From: an uncultured bacterium
GTDB taxonomy: Bacteria > Verrucomicrobiota > Verrucomicrobiia > Limisphaerales > UBA11358
NCBI GenBank assembly: GCA_963723125.1
Contig: CAVRPQ010000009.1
Span: 3,045-67,044 of the forward strand
Reading direction: 5' to 3'
Length of the DNA stretch: 64,000 bases
Position 1 is the first letter of the stretch, and the number at the start of each line of letters is the position of its first letter. Below are positions 26,201 through 37,108 of the stretch, in pieces. Below the pieces are notes generated by a model. That model was given only the letters and a program-made list of their open reading frames with translations. It did no database searches and was not told the origin of the DNA. Both the position numbers and the translations under genes were made by a program.

Positions 26201-28272
26201 CACGCGACGCGAAGAAGATGAATGACTTGCCGCAGGAGTTTCGCACCATTGGCGTTCAACAGTGCGGCGTTCCGTCGCAGAAAACCGCCGGCATCTGCTG
26301 ACAGAAGCACTCCCACAAGTGTGTCGTCTCGCCAGTGCGCTTCGACCGAACTGTTGCAAATCGTGTCGATTACAAGCGGGTCAGTTGCTTGCGGGAAAAT
26401 ATCCAGCAACTCGGTCAGCCATTTTCGGAAGGCACGCCGCAGCGCGGGATACGTTCCAACTTGGACAAAAAGCACATCCAACCGCCGCCGGCCTCGTTCG
26501 AACTCCACATCTAACCAATCTGCCAAAGCCCAGTCTTCAAACACATCGTGCGCAGGGGCAAACCGGTTATCACCAATAGCGGGTGAAGTTAGTAAACTAT
26601 CGCGGACGAGTCCGTGCAATGCGCGAGCATCAAGGTCTGTAACGGAGACGAACGGCTCCATTGCTTTTGCACGGCGCAATGCTACTTCAACCAAAACCTC
26701 GCCTCTCAATCTCGGCAATCCAATTGCCAATCCCTCGTCCACACGGCGAACAACCTCTCGCCAGACCTTCTCTCGAAATGCTCGCTCATGCTGCGGAAGC
26801 GGTTCTGTCGAAGGCCACTGCATCAACACCGCTTTATCCAACAAAAATGGTTTCCGAAGCAGTCGGCGAAGCGCATCACAGGACATCGGGCGCTGCAAGT
26901 TGGGGAATTTTGCTATCACCTCGTCCAGTTCAGCGTCGTCCAATTCTGGCACAAAGAGGTCCGCATACGGTATGCCCACTTCACCAAAAAATGCGCTTTT
27001 TACAGTTTCCGCCGAATAGTCGCGACAAGTGACGATCACCCTCCAGGTTGGCTCCTTTTTTAGGGCTCGAAGCAGATCAAGAAATGCCGCTCGCTGTTCC
27101 GCATCTTTTTCCATCAATCGTTCAAGGCTTTCAACCCAAAGAATTTTTCGTCCGTGCAATGCTGTTTGTGCACGAAGGCCGTCGAGCGTTAATCCAAACT
27201 TTGCGAGAACCTCGTTGATGTGAGTGCCAGCTAGACTTTCAGCCCGAAACGCGAAGCCCAATGCACCTTGGGTTGCCAGCGAAAATCCCATTTTTGCGAG
27301 CACCGATTTTCCCGACCCGGCCTCCCCTGTTACAAACACGAGGGAATTCTCTTCGATGAGTTGGCAAAGTTGCCCGAAAAGTTCGCGCCGAGGAATTTCG
27401 GTCTGTCCACCAATTGTGGTGCGAATCCCTTCCAATACGACGCGCGTATCCTCCAATAATCGAGTTACGCCAGCAGGGAAGCCGCTTGCCCGATCATGCC
27501 GTTGCCGTATGTGCTCGGGGAGTTTCGCATACGTGAAAGACACCGCGCTGCCTGATCTCGTAGCCGCACAGGTATGGAGTTCGTTCCAAGTCGCATTGGC
27601 GGAAGATGGATTGCCATCGCGAGCCGTGACTGCCAGCAGTGAACGCAATAATATTTCAGTGATTCCGCTCTCGATGTTGAGATCCAAGTCCACAATGTTG
27701 AATCGGTTCAAAAAGCGCCAGATTTCTTCTTCTGTCGGTTGTTGTCCCTCCAATTCTTGGAGAATCGACACAATTGTCTTGTAGTTATCGTGGGCGGGCC
27801 TTCCAAGATAGCCGGGGATTTGCAACCGCTGAACCATATCAGCGGGATCAGTCGAAGCACGGGCACAATCGAGCAGTGAACGCATTCCCCTGGCGAGTCG
27901 CGCCGAAAGGCTGCTAGTAACAACCCCAACCACGTCACGGTTCTGGTCGAAGAGCGTCGTATTTCTGAAATCTGTAAACGCGCGCCGCACCGTCTTGATA
28001 CATTCTGCATCCTTATCGCTCAGAACAAAGGAGAGTTTAACTTGGATGGCAGCCTTGCTGACTACACCGTGCTCATTGACGGCTTCCAACAAAAGGTCGT
28101 CTGTCTCCCAACCCAAGTATTTGGTTTGAAAATGAACCGCGCTCAGTGCGCCAGTTTCGAGGAACAGTGGTGCACCGCGTGTCAACAGAAGCGTCAAGCA
28201 CGCTGCCCCGACTTTGAATTCAAAGCTGGGACCAGATCCACCTGTCGTTGCTGGGTTGGTCACCGTTTCCAT
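23203..28272 (-). CDS. very large P-loop NTPase (STAND-like layout) with an N-terminal PD-(D/E)xK-like nuclease domain and a ~1200-aa helical C-terminal region; candidate defence protein
   Basis: N-terminus GGSGPSFEFKVGAACLTLLL...WETDDLLLEAV...AAIQVK (D..E..QxK pattern). Walker A VTGEAGSGKSVL and a Walker-B-like KILWVESLERL, followed by a long alpha-rich remainder. The first ATG is at 28272; an upstream TTG at 28362 is also possible. Confidence 0.6.
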   Translation of the reverse strand: METVTNPATTGGSGPSFEFKVGAACLTLLLTRGAPLFLETGALSAVHFQTKYLGWETDDLLLEAVNEHGVVSKAAIQVKLSFVLSDKDAECIKTVRRAFTDFRNTTLFDQNRDVVGVVTSSLSARLARGMRSLLDCARASTDPADMVQRLQIPGYLGRPAHDNYKTIVSILQELEGQQPTEEEIWRFLNRFNIVDLDLNIESGITEILLRSLLAVTARDGNPSSANATWNELHTCAATRSGSAVSFTYAKLPEHIRQRHDRASGFPAGVTRLLEDTRVVLEGIRTTIGGQTEIPRRELFGQLCQLIEENSLVFVTGEAGSGKSVLAKMGFSLATQGALGFAFRAESLAGTHINEVLAKFGLTLDGLRAQTALHGRKILWVESLERLMEKDAEQRAAFLDLLRALKKEPTWRVIVTCRDYSAETVKSAFFGEVGIPYADLFVPELDDAELDEVIAKFPNLQRPMSCDALRRLLRKPFLLDKAVLMQWPSTEPLPQHERAFREKVWREVVRRVDEGLAIGLPRLRGEVLVEVALRRAKAMEPFVSVTDLDARALHGLVRDSLLTSPAIGDNRFAPAHDVFEDWALADWLDVEFERGRRRLDVLFVQVGTYPALRRAFRKWLTELLDIFPQATDPLVIDTICNSSVEAHWRDDTLVGVLLSADAGGFLRRNAALLNANGAKLLRQVIHLLRVACKAAIPRRLFGIEGTGDVFLPRGNGWNGAAELMETSRTLFGETDFPFVLRFLEDWVQLTRWGVHYPKGAKSIAKLALYWLPKVESWRCPVRDGRERLFKILLSMPLAAEPELSQMAMTAMKDKERYHDYRELLEVMFNHFYADALCRDMPDLAVSVAEYSLGLHLPLEQALSSGSGYEMNAMNDAFGLGFRLSSDDYPASAYHGTFFKFLLHHPQRGLDFILKFVNRACEAYAHPSNRRRGMHGPTRVSIRFPDGTTQKQYGDGRLWELYRDFTQGPDILKSALMALERWLLEKAKRRESDLSDILNRLLHQSNNIAVTAVVASVATAYPDQAGDAAFTVLTCKYFFESDLNRSVSESMNPRLNSGMWLGIEKKLYDEERAESAQLPHRQQNLEYLAVMLQTFPVRERVWELIDAYKAELPKESEQDEGAKVWRFRLHQMDTRNFVVAGKTEDGQVLIQASTPPPELQEMIDAKKPQRDAWETAMNLVVWGQSVFTGKSQHSIDPKQWKAKLAAAQTQLVSASGFTDEVHASIAAAGPAYIAAVCIRDHWAELSDTEQKWCILLICDSVEADANSTDQFKIAAMNPMNAARPAAFILPVLFEKQLQPPISLRLLPALAKAVTHSVDEVVKYVIQGIGIYLWKTDRSLALTCIHALILKATEQHQFWSERRRQPFGDRPAEDQFAANLQTRLRGFVEKRQSGDDAAILQLDLTNWPGRQIAAHLFTILGEQTADALAREFFRRDATMLAARWEADNERQRSRAGNSNDDKILDSGVEHLCVDSLTQFVLQLPAQEAIAISEPILTIATRFPEKAAEFVKWLVIRQGDRIPASTLWSLWQRFADDFSASSLPTSVDDKHSDSAKIMRELFLGDNWGEARDWKPLHGEEQRIRMLFDRLPASQQGFETYAYFLATIGSPALPDALLSIAAKVPPTEAVALFSETAVFYLESILTRLIYGGNRRIRIEPKLRQSAMILLDVLVAVGSSVAYKLRDDFLTPVPK

Positions 28273-28396
28273 ACGGGACAAATTCTTGCCTCCAATAGTA
28301 TCGTGTTTTAGTGCCTTTGAGTCACGATTATTAGCGTGCCGCACCACGCTCTCCTCGATCAAAATCAGCCTCCCTTTTTCAGGGAGCCGTTATCGG

Positions 28397-28942
28397 CTAG
28401 GAGAAAAAATACCCAAGGCTGCGAAGACTGGAATGATTTGGATTTCCAATTACGATGTGGTCGAGAACTTCGATTTTGAGAAGTTGACCGGCTCGAATGA
28501 GATCCCGGGTAATTTTGATGTCCGCTTCCGACGGAGTTGATTCACCGCTCGGATGATTGTGCGCGATGATGATAGCGGATGCGCTTGCCATAATTGCTAA
28601 ACGAAATACTTCTCTGGGATGACAGAGAATTGTATCCATCGTCCCAATGGACACCAGATAGTGGCCTTTGATGCGCCGACGAGTGTTGAGTATTAACACC
28701 ACCAGACATTCACATTCAGGATTGAAGTAAGGATGTGTCGCGATATGCGTTTTCCAATAGGCGGCTGCCTGCTCCGGTGTTTCACAATGTTGCATTGCAT
28801 CGGGTGTGGGACATTCCCGTAATGAAACAATTTTCCATTCCTGCGGTTGAGCCGGGAATTTTACCGGCTTAACAACTTGGTTGACGGGTTGCGGAGCGAT
28901 TGCGGGGCATCCATTGGAGATGAGGTTTTCATTTGTGTTCAT
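28397..28942 (-). CDS. radC: RadC-like JAB/MPN-domain protein
   Basis: JAMM motif region AIIIAHNHPSGESTPSEADIKITRDL and the C-terminal LDHIVIG, typical of the RadC family. Confidence 0.85.
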   Translation of the reverse strand: MNTNENLISNGCPAIAPQPVNQVVKPVKFPAQPQEWKIVSLRECPTPDAMQHCETPEQAAAYWKTHIATHPYFNPECECLVVLILNTRRRIKGHYLVSIGTMDTILCHPREVFRLAIMASASAIIIAHNHPSGESTPSEADIKITRDLIRAGQLLKIEVLDHIVIGNPNHSSLRSLGYFFS

Positions 28943-29250
28943 GTTTTGCGTTTTGTTCTGAAGGAGCGGGACTGCTCTCTTCACCCGCCCCGAGAGAGCA
29001 GGACCGCTCCTGACAAAACGCACCCGGCTGCGCCCGCGCCGCCGGGCGGCGGAGCATCAGCAACTGAGTGACGGCGGGCACAAAGATGTTGCGGCCGCCG
29101 GCGCGATGTTGCGCGGAGCAACCAGAGGCGCGGGTGCAGACGGGATGAACACAACGGAATACTTCATCGGTGGATGCCTATCGAGGTAGCACGCCAATAC
29201 CAATGACGAATGGCATCTTGCCCGAATTGACGGTTCTTTCAGCCGAAAAA

Positions 29251-29274
29251 AGTGCCAGTGAAAGTGCCAGTGAA
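29251..29274. repeat. perfect tandem 12-mer (agtgccagtgaa x2), followed by a GGTGA/TTGGT-rich stretch
   Basis: Read directly from the sequence. It lies 380 bp upstream of the integrase gene, so arm-type recombinase sites are one possibility. Confidence 0.5.
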
Positions 29275-29427
29275 TGGGTGATGAATGAGTAATTGGTGAG
29301 TAGTTGATTGGTATTGGGTGCGTAATCGCTGGTGCTTGACAAACATGCAGAAATGCCTGATTCTATTGACGTTCGTTAGTTATGAGGCTGTTCGCCTCTG
29401 GTGGTGGGGTGGTAATTGAGGGGTAGT

Positions 29428-29477
29428 GGATTTTGAAAAAATCCCCTGACCCTGTTCGATTCCGACCCTCGCCTCCA
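29428..29477 (+). other. tRNA-like 3' fragment (anticodon-arm-like hairpin with GAA, a TTCGATTCC box, and a terminal CCA); not a foldable tRNA
   Basis: ggatt-ttgaaaa-aatcc hairpin, then ...gttcgattccgaccctcgcctcca. I could not pair a T stem, and I found no acceptor 5' strand or D arm upstream. Confidence 0.3.
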
Positions 29478-29652
29478 TACGCAAGTGGTTGGCCGAGGAG
29501 AAGTTGGGAAGTCAGGCCGGCCCAGTGTGTATGAAATTGTGCATAAAATCAGTCCGTTGAGCACAAGGTAGTTAAAAGGTATCCGCTAGGTCGCCAGAAG
29601 TAACTGACAAGTCGGCACGGTTCTATGGGAGGCTCGTAAAGCAAAACGAGCC

Positions 29653-30675
29653 ATGAAACGACGCTACCATGTTTTCCGACGTGAAAACGGAATCTATTAT
29701 TCTCTGGACACTCTTTCCAAGAAACGCCAGAGCCTCGAAACCACCGACGCCGAGACCGCACAACGGCTGGCCAATGCCCTCAACGAAGCCTGCAAACAGC
29801 CGGCCGTAAATCTGCAAATCGCCCAGGTCTATTTGCAGCACAGCGACCCTGATTTTGTCAAACGCACATGGCAACACGTCATGGACGAAATGGGCCGGAC
29901 CAAATCCGGCAACACCCAAAAGCGGTGGGATGTTGCGATGAAGGACAAGGCGTTTGACCAAATTCGCTGCCTTGTCCTGATCAAAACTCAAGCGGAGCAT
30001 TTTTTGGATGCGATGCACAACGGCACGGTTTCGACGAACGTCTTTTTGCGGCGCATTCATAATTTCGCCCTTGATATGAATTGGCTGCCCCGCTCCATCA
30101 TTCCCAAACGGCAATGGCCGGCGGTCCAGTTCAAGGAAAAACGCGCCATCACGATTGCCGAACATCAAGCCATCATCAGCCGTGAGAAAAATCTGGAACG
30201 AAAAACGTATTACGAATTGTGCTGGCATCTGGGCGGCAGCCAGGGAGACATCGCCAATTTGACCGCCGAAGATGTGGATTGGAAAAATCGGACAATCAGC
30301 TTTACCCGGCAAAAGACCGGCGTTCCGGTGATTCTTCATTTGGGCGAGGAAGCGTTGAACACGCTGAAAGATTTGCCGGGCGAAGGCTTGTTGTTTCCCT
30401 ATTTGTCGCGGGTGCGAGCGGGCGACCGGGCGACTGAATTCAAACAGCGTTGCCGGGGGCTTGGAATTGAGGGCATCTCGCTGCACAGCTACCGCTATGC
30501 GTGGGCAGAACGCGCCAAAACGTGCGGGTATCCTGAACGGTTTGCGCAGGAGGCGCTGGGGCATAATTCCGTGGCAGTGCATCGTGCCTACGCAAAGCGA
30601 GCCAAAATGAAATTACCGAGCCTTGAAGAATATGAGAAAAAGGCTGTATCATTGCCCACAGCAGCGAATTGGTGA
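29653..30675 (+). CDS. tyrosine recombinase / phage-type integrase
   Basis: C-terminal catalytic box LHSYRYAWA ... LGHNSVAVHRAY (H-x-x-R, H, Y). The expected first Arg appears as Ser in GGSQGDIANLTAEDVDW. Confidence 0.8.
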   Translation: MKRRYHVFRRENGIYYSLDTLSKKRQSLETTDAETAQRLANALNEACKQPAVNLQIAQVYLQHSDPDFVKRTWQHVMDEMGRTKSGNTQKRWDVAMKDKAFDQIRCLVLIKTQAEHFLDAMHNGTVSTNVFLRRIHNFALDMNWLPRSIIPKRQWPAVQFKEKRAITIAEHQAIISREKNLERKTYYELCWHLGGSQGDIANLTAEDVDWKNRTISFTRQKTGVPVILHLGEEALNTLKDLPGEGLLFPYLSRVRAGDRATEFKQRCRGLGIEGISLHSYRYAWAERAKTCGYPERFAQEALGHNSVAVHRAYAKRAKMKLPSLEEYEKKAVSLPTAANW

Positions 30676-30710
30676 TTGGGGAAACAGACAACAAAATCAC
30701 CGTATCGTTT

Positions 30711-31244
30711 ATGGCTCTAATTTCCTGCAAAGAATGTGGCAATTCCGTCAGCACGCAGGCGGTTGCCTGCCCTCATTGCGGCGCGCCGCAACAACCGCCT
30801 GTGCCGCCACCGCTTCCCGTTCAATCGCCGCCCTTGCTTCAATCGAAGGAAGAAACGATTTATTCCGACAATGCCGTTATCGTGACCAACATGCGGATAA
30901 TCATCGGGGGAGCGACCTATGCGTTGCGAAACATTACGTCAGTCAAAATGTTGTTCACACCGCCGCGACTCGTAAAGCCGATCCTGCTTCTCATCGTTGG
31001 CCTGATGATTTTGCTTGCCGCCTTTATGCCAATAAATGAAAACGCCCCCGCTCCGATTGGCGTTTATATTCTTGCCGGTGCGATGATCGGCGGAGCAATT
31101 CTGTGGATGTGCAGTGCAAAAACCATGTATCACGTTGGCCTTTCGAGTGCGTCAGGCGAACTCCATGCGCTCACTTCAAAAAATAAAGCTTACATTGAAC
31201 GAGTCGTATTGAGCATCAATGAAGCTATTGTAAAATACCAATAG
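30711..31244 (+). CDS. zinc-ribbon plus membrane protein of unknown function
   Basis: CKECG...CPHCG zinc ribbon, a Pro-rich linker, and two hydrophobic spans. Confidence 0.6.
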   Translation: MALISCKECGNSVSTQAVACPHCGAPQQPPVPPPLPVQSPPLLQSKEETIYSDNAVIVTNMRIIIGGATYALRNITSVKMLFTPPRLVKPILLLIVGLMILLAAFMPINENAPAPIGVYILAGAMIGGAILWMCSAKTMYHVGLSSASGELHALTSKNKAYIERVVLSINEAIVKYQ

Positions 31245-31282
31245 ATCAGTTCGGCAAAAACAGATTGGTTCCGCCATGACCA

Positions 31283-31395
31283 ACGAGCGGAATCTGCAAG
31301 CGCCGAATGATCGGCGTGCTTCCGCCTGCGGCACGGCAACGGTCGTTCCGCCTGCGCTGCACTTTCCCGTTCGCCGAACCGTAGGCCGAAGCAAA
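31283..31395 (+). repeat. copy A of an intergenic 110-140 bp repeat element (partner at 52104..52243)
   Basis: Shared blocks acgagcg, gccgaat..tcggcgtgcttccgcctgcgg, acggt.gtt, and cactttcccgttcgcc.aaccg.aggccgaagcaaa, in the same order and orientation. Confidence 0.7.
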
Positions 31396-31604
31396 ATTTT
31401 GAGTAACGCGACTGCCATTATTTGTAGCTGGCCGGTTTACACAGTGAGCACAATTTTTACACTCGCTGTGGGTAATTCGATCTGATATAAGGGAAAACCA
31501 CGCTGAGCGAATGCAGTGCGGATTCTGTCTTGGCGTGACGCCAAGTAACAAAGGCCGTCAATGACCAGGCATCTTGCATCAACACGTTGAGAAGGCGGTG
31601 AACC

Positions 31605-34016
31605 ATGAACCGACTTCCCTTCGACACCTTTTTTCAAACCGCCACGGGCAATATGCCTTACGACTATCAATCCCGTTTGGCAGGGAGCGATTCAGACACG
31701 AATTGCCATTCTCAACTTATCAACATCCCGACTGGCCTTGGCAAAACGGCCGCTGTCGTTCTGGCATGGCTTTGGAATCGTGTTCAACTTCAAAATCCGA
31801 AGTGGCCGCGCCGACTCGTTTATTGCCTGCCAATGCGGACGCTTGTCGAGCAGACAGAAGCGGAAGTCAAAAAATGGCTGACTGCTCATGAACTGGTCTG
31901 GGACGGGAAACCAGAAAACCGCAGAGGGAAAATCGGTGTTCATGTTCTGATGGGCGGTGAAGATGCAGGCGAGTGGGACATTTACCCCGAGGAGAACGCA
32001 ATCCTCATTGGCACGCAGGACATGCTGATCAGTCGCGTGCTGAATCGCGGCTATGGCATGAGCCGTTACCGCTGGCCGATGCACTTCGGCCTGCTCAATA
32101 ACGATTGTTTGTGGGTGATGGACGAAACGCAACTCATGGGCGTCGGCGTGGAAACCAGTGCGCAACTCGACGGCTTCCGGTGCAACGGGAAAATGGCCAC
32201 TTTTGATGCGTGCCCCACGTGGTGGATGAGCGCGACGCTCGACGAAGCCCGACTCGCGACAGTAGATCATCCAAAGCCTGCTGATGGCTGGCCCGTTGAA
32301 AAACTTGGCGACGCTGAACGGTCCAGCGGCAGGCCGCACGAACTCATTACTGCTCGGAAAAAATTGTTACCTGCTCCGCTCGCACTCAACTCCAGCACGA
32401 AAGACAACTATGCCAAGCAACTGGCCGCGCTCATCACAGAGCGTCACCAGACTGGCACACTCACGCTTGTTGTTGTGAACCGTGTCGCGCGGGCGCGCGA
32501 GATTTTCAAGGCGTTGGTCAGTGGCAAGCAGCCGCTTTACGACCGAGAGAAAGTCGCCCTCATCCACTCGCGCTTCCGCCCTGTGGATCGTGAACGCCAC
32601 ACGCAACTCCTTTTTAGCGAAGGCGACCGCATCGTTATCGCTACACAAGCCGTCGAGGCGGGCGTGGATATTTCCGCACGGCTGCTCATCACCGAACTCG
32701 CTCCGTGGTCATCGCTCGTCCAGCGGATAGGCCGCTGCAATCGGCGGGCGAAAATAGACGATGCAGAAGTGTTGTGGGTGGACATCCAGCCGAAAGATGA
32801 GAATGACGAACTGCTTCTACCCTACTCAAACGATGAACTCGCCAAAGCTCGCGAAGCACTCGGCAATCTTACCGATGCCAGCCCAAACTCGCTTGCCAGC
32901 GTGAGCGTTCGGGAAATGCCAGTTGTTCGTCCCGTCATCCGCCGCCGCGATCTCGTGGACCTGTTCGACACGACTCCCGACCTTTGTGGTCAAGACCTCG
33001 ATGTCTCCCGCTACATCCGCGACGGCGATGACAACGACGCACAGTTCTTTTGGCGCAGCCTGGAAGAAGATGCGCTGACCGGCAAAGAATCTCCGCCGCA
33101 CCGCGACGAGCTTTGCCGCGTTTCCATCGGTGACGCCATTAAATTCCTTGGTAAGAAAGCCCGCGCATGGCGCTGGAATCCACTTTCCGAACAATGGGAA
33201 GAATCCAAAACGGCACGCCCCGGCGCTGTCTATCTCGTGGACGTAAAAAGCGGTGGTTACAGTGATGCCACCGGCTGGACTGGCGACCCGAAAGACAAGC
33301 CCACGCCTCGCCCAGCAAAAGATGGCGACCTCGATTATTACGATGGGAACCGCCTCACCTTCGCTTGTGAGTGGCAGACACTCGCCGCACACACCGGAAA
33401 AATTGTCAGCGAGACCGCGTCCCTTGCTGCCGTCATCACACTGGATGTCAACATCGCGACTGCTCTCCGCACCGCTGCGCTGTGGCACGACATCGGAAAG
33501 GCTCACGACGAATTTCAAAAAATGCTTCGCAATGGCGATGCTACGCGTGAAAGACAACTTTGGGCGAAGTCTGCCAACAAAAACGGCAAATGTGCCCGCC
33601 ACGGCTTCCGTCACGAACTGGCTTCCGCTCTCGCTTGGTTACTGAAAGGCCCGGCTGAAGCCGCTGAACGCGATCTCGTCGCTTATCTCATTGCGGCGCA
33701 TCACGGCAAAGTCCGCCTTTCCATCCGCTCGCTGCCGGACGAAACCGGCAACCCACAAAAACCAGACGCTCTTTTTGCCCGTGGCATCTGGCAGGGCGAC
33801 GCACTACCCGCCGTCGCACTCGGCGAATTTACCACGCCAGAAATCTCACTTGACCTCAGCTTCATGCAAATGGGTGAAGGCCAGCACGGTCCTTCGTGGC
33901 TCGCCCGCGCTGTCGCCCTGCGTGACCGGATTGACCTCGGCCCATTCCGTCTCGCTTATCTTGAAACCCTGCTGCGCGCTGCTGACGCCCGCGCTTCGCG
34001 TGAGCAAACAACCTGA
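31605..34016 (+). CDS. cas3: Cas3 helicase with a C-terminal HD nuclease domain (type I-G/I-U architecture)
   Basis: Motif I PTGLGKT and motif II VMDETQL. C-terminal HD region LWHDIGKAHDEF, FRHELASALA, AAHHGKVR. Confidence 0.9.
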   Translation: MNRLPFDTFFQTATGNMPYDYQSRLAGSDSDTNCHSQLINIPTGLGKTAAVVLAWLWNRVQLQNPKWPRRLVYCLPMRTLVEQTEAEVKKWLTAHELVWDGKPENRRGKIGVHVLMGGEDAGEWDIYPEENAILIGTQDMLISRVLNRGYGMSRYRWPMHFGLLNNDCLWVMDETQLMGVGVETSAQLDGFRCNGKMATFDACPTWWMSATLDEARLATVDHPKPADGWPVEKLGDAERSSGRPHELITARKKLLPAPLALNSSTKDNYAKQLAALITERHQTGTLTLVVVNRVARAREIFKALVSGKQPLYDREKVALIHSRFRPVDRERHTQLLFSEGDRIVIATQAVEAGVDISARLLITELAPWSSLVQRIGRCNRRAKIDDAEVLWVDIQPKDENDELLLPYSNDELAKAREALGNLTDASPNSLASVSVREMPVVRPVIRRRDLVDLFDTTPDLCGQDLDVSRYIRDGDDNDAQFFWRSLEEDALTGKESPPHRDELCRVSIGDAIKFLGKKARAWRWNPLSEQWEESKTARPGAVYLVDVKSGGYSDATGWTGDPKDKPTPRPAKDGDLDYYDGNRLTFACEWQTLAAHTGKIVSETASLAAVITLDVNIATALRTAALWHDIGKAHDEFQKMLRNGDATRERQLWAKSANKNGKCARHGFRHELASALAWLLKGPAEAAERDLVAYLIAAHHGKVRLSIRSLPDETGNPQKPDALFARGIWQGDALPAVALGEFTTPEISLDLSFMQMGEGQHGPSWLARAVALRDRIDLGPFRLAYLETLLRAADARASREQTT

Positions 34017-34020
34017 CGCC

Positions 34021-37106
<3,086 letters not shown>

Positions 37107-37108
37107 CC

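Noticed and set aside
29336-29372. Sigma-70-type promoter (TTGACA at 29336) upstream of the tRNA-like stub and integrase
   Set aside because: The -35 hexamer is perfect, but no acceptable -10 hexamer lies at 16-19 nt spacing, and promoter consensus in this lineage is uncertain.
29395-29480. A genuine tRNA-Phe gene next to the integrase
   Set aside because: An anticodon-arm-like hairpin with GAA, a TTCGATTCC box and a CCA are present. However, the T stem cannot pair (ccctg versus ccgac), and I found no D arm or 5' acceptor strand. I kept it only as a low-confidence tRNA-like stub.
29623-30582. 319-aa ORF antisense to the integrase gene
   Set aside because: The sense strand carries clear tyrosine-recombinase motifs, whereas the antisense ORF has no motif and an Arg/Gly/Ala-rich composition typical of GC-rich antisense frames. 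The same reasoning applies to the antisense ORFs at 1844-2443, 32826-33614, 45264-46307, 47763-48437 and 61092-61868.
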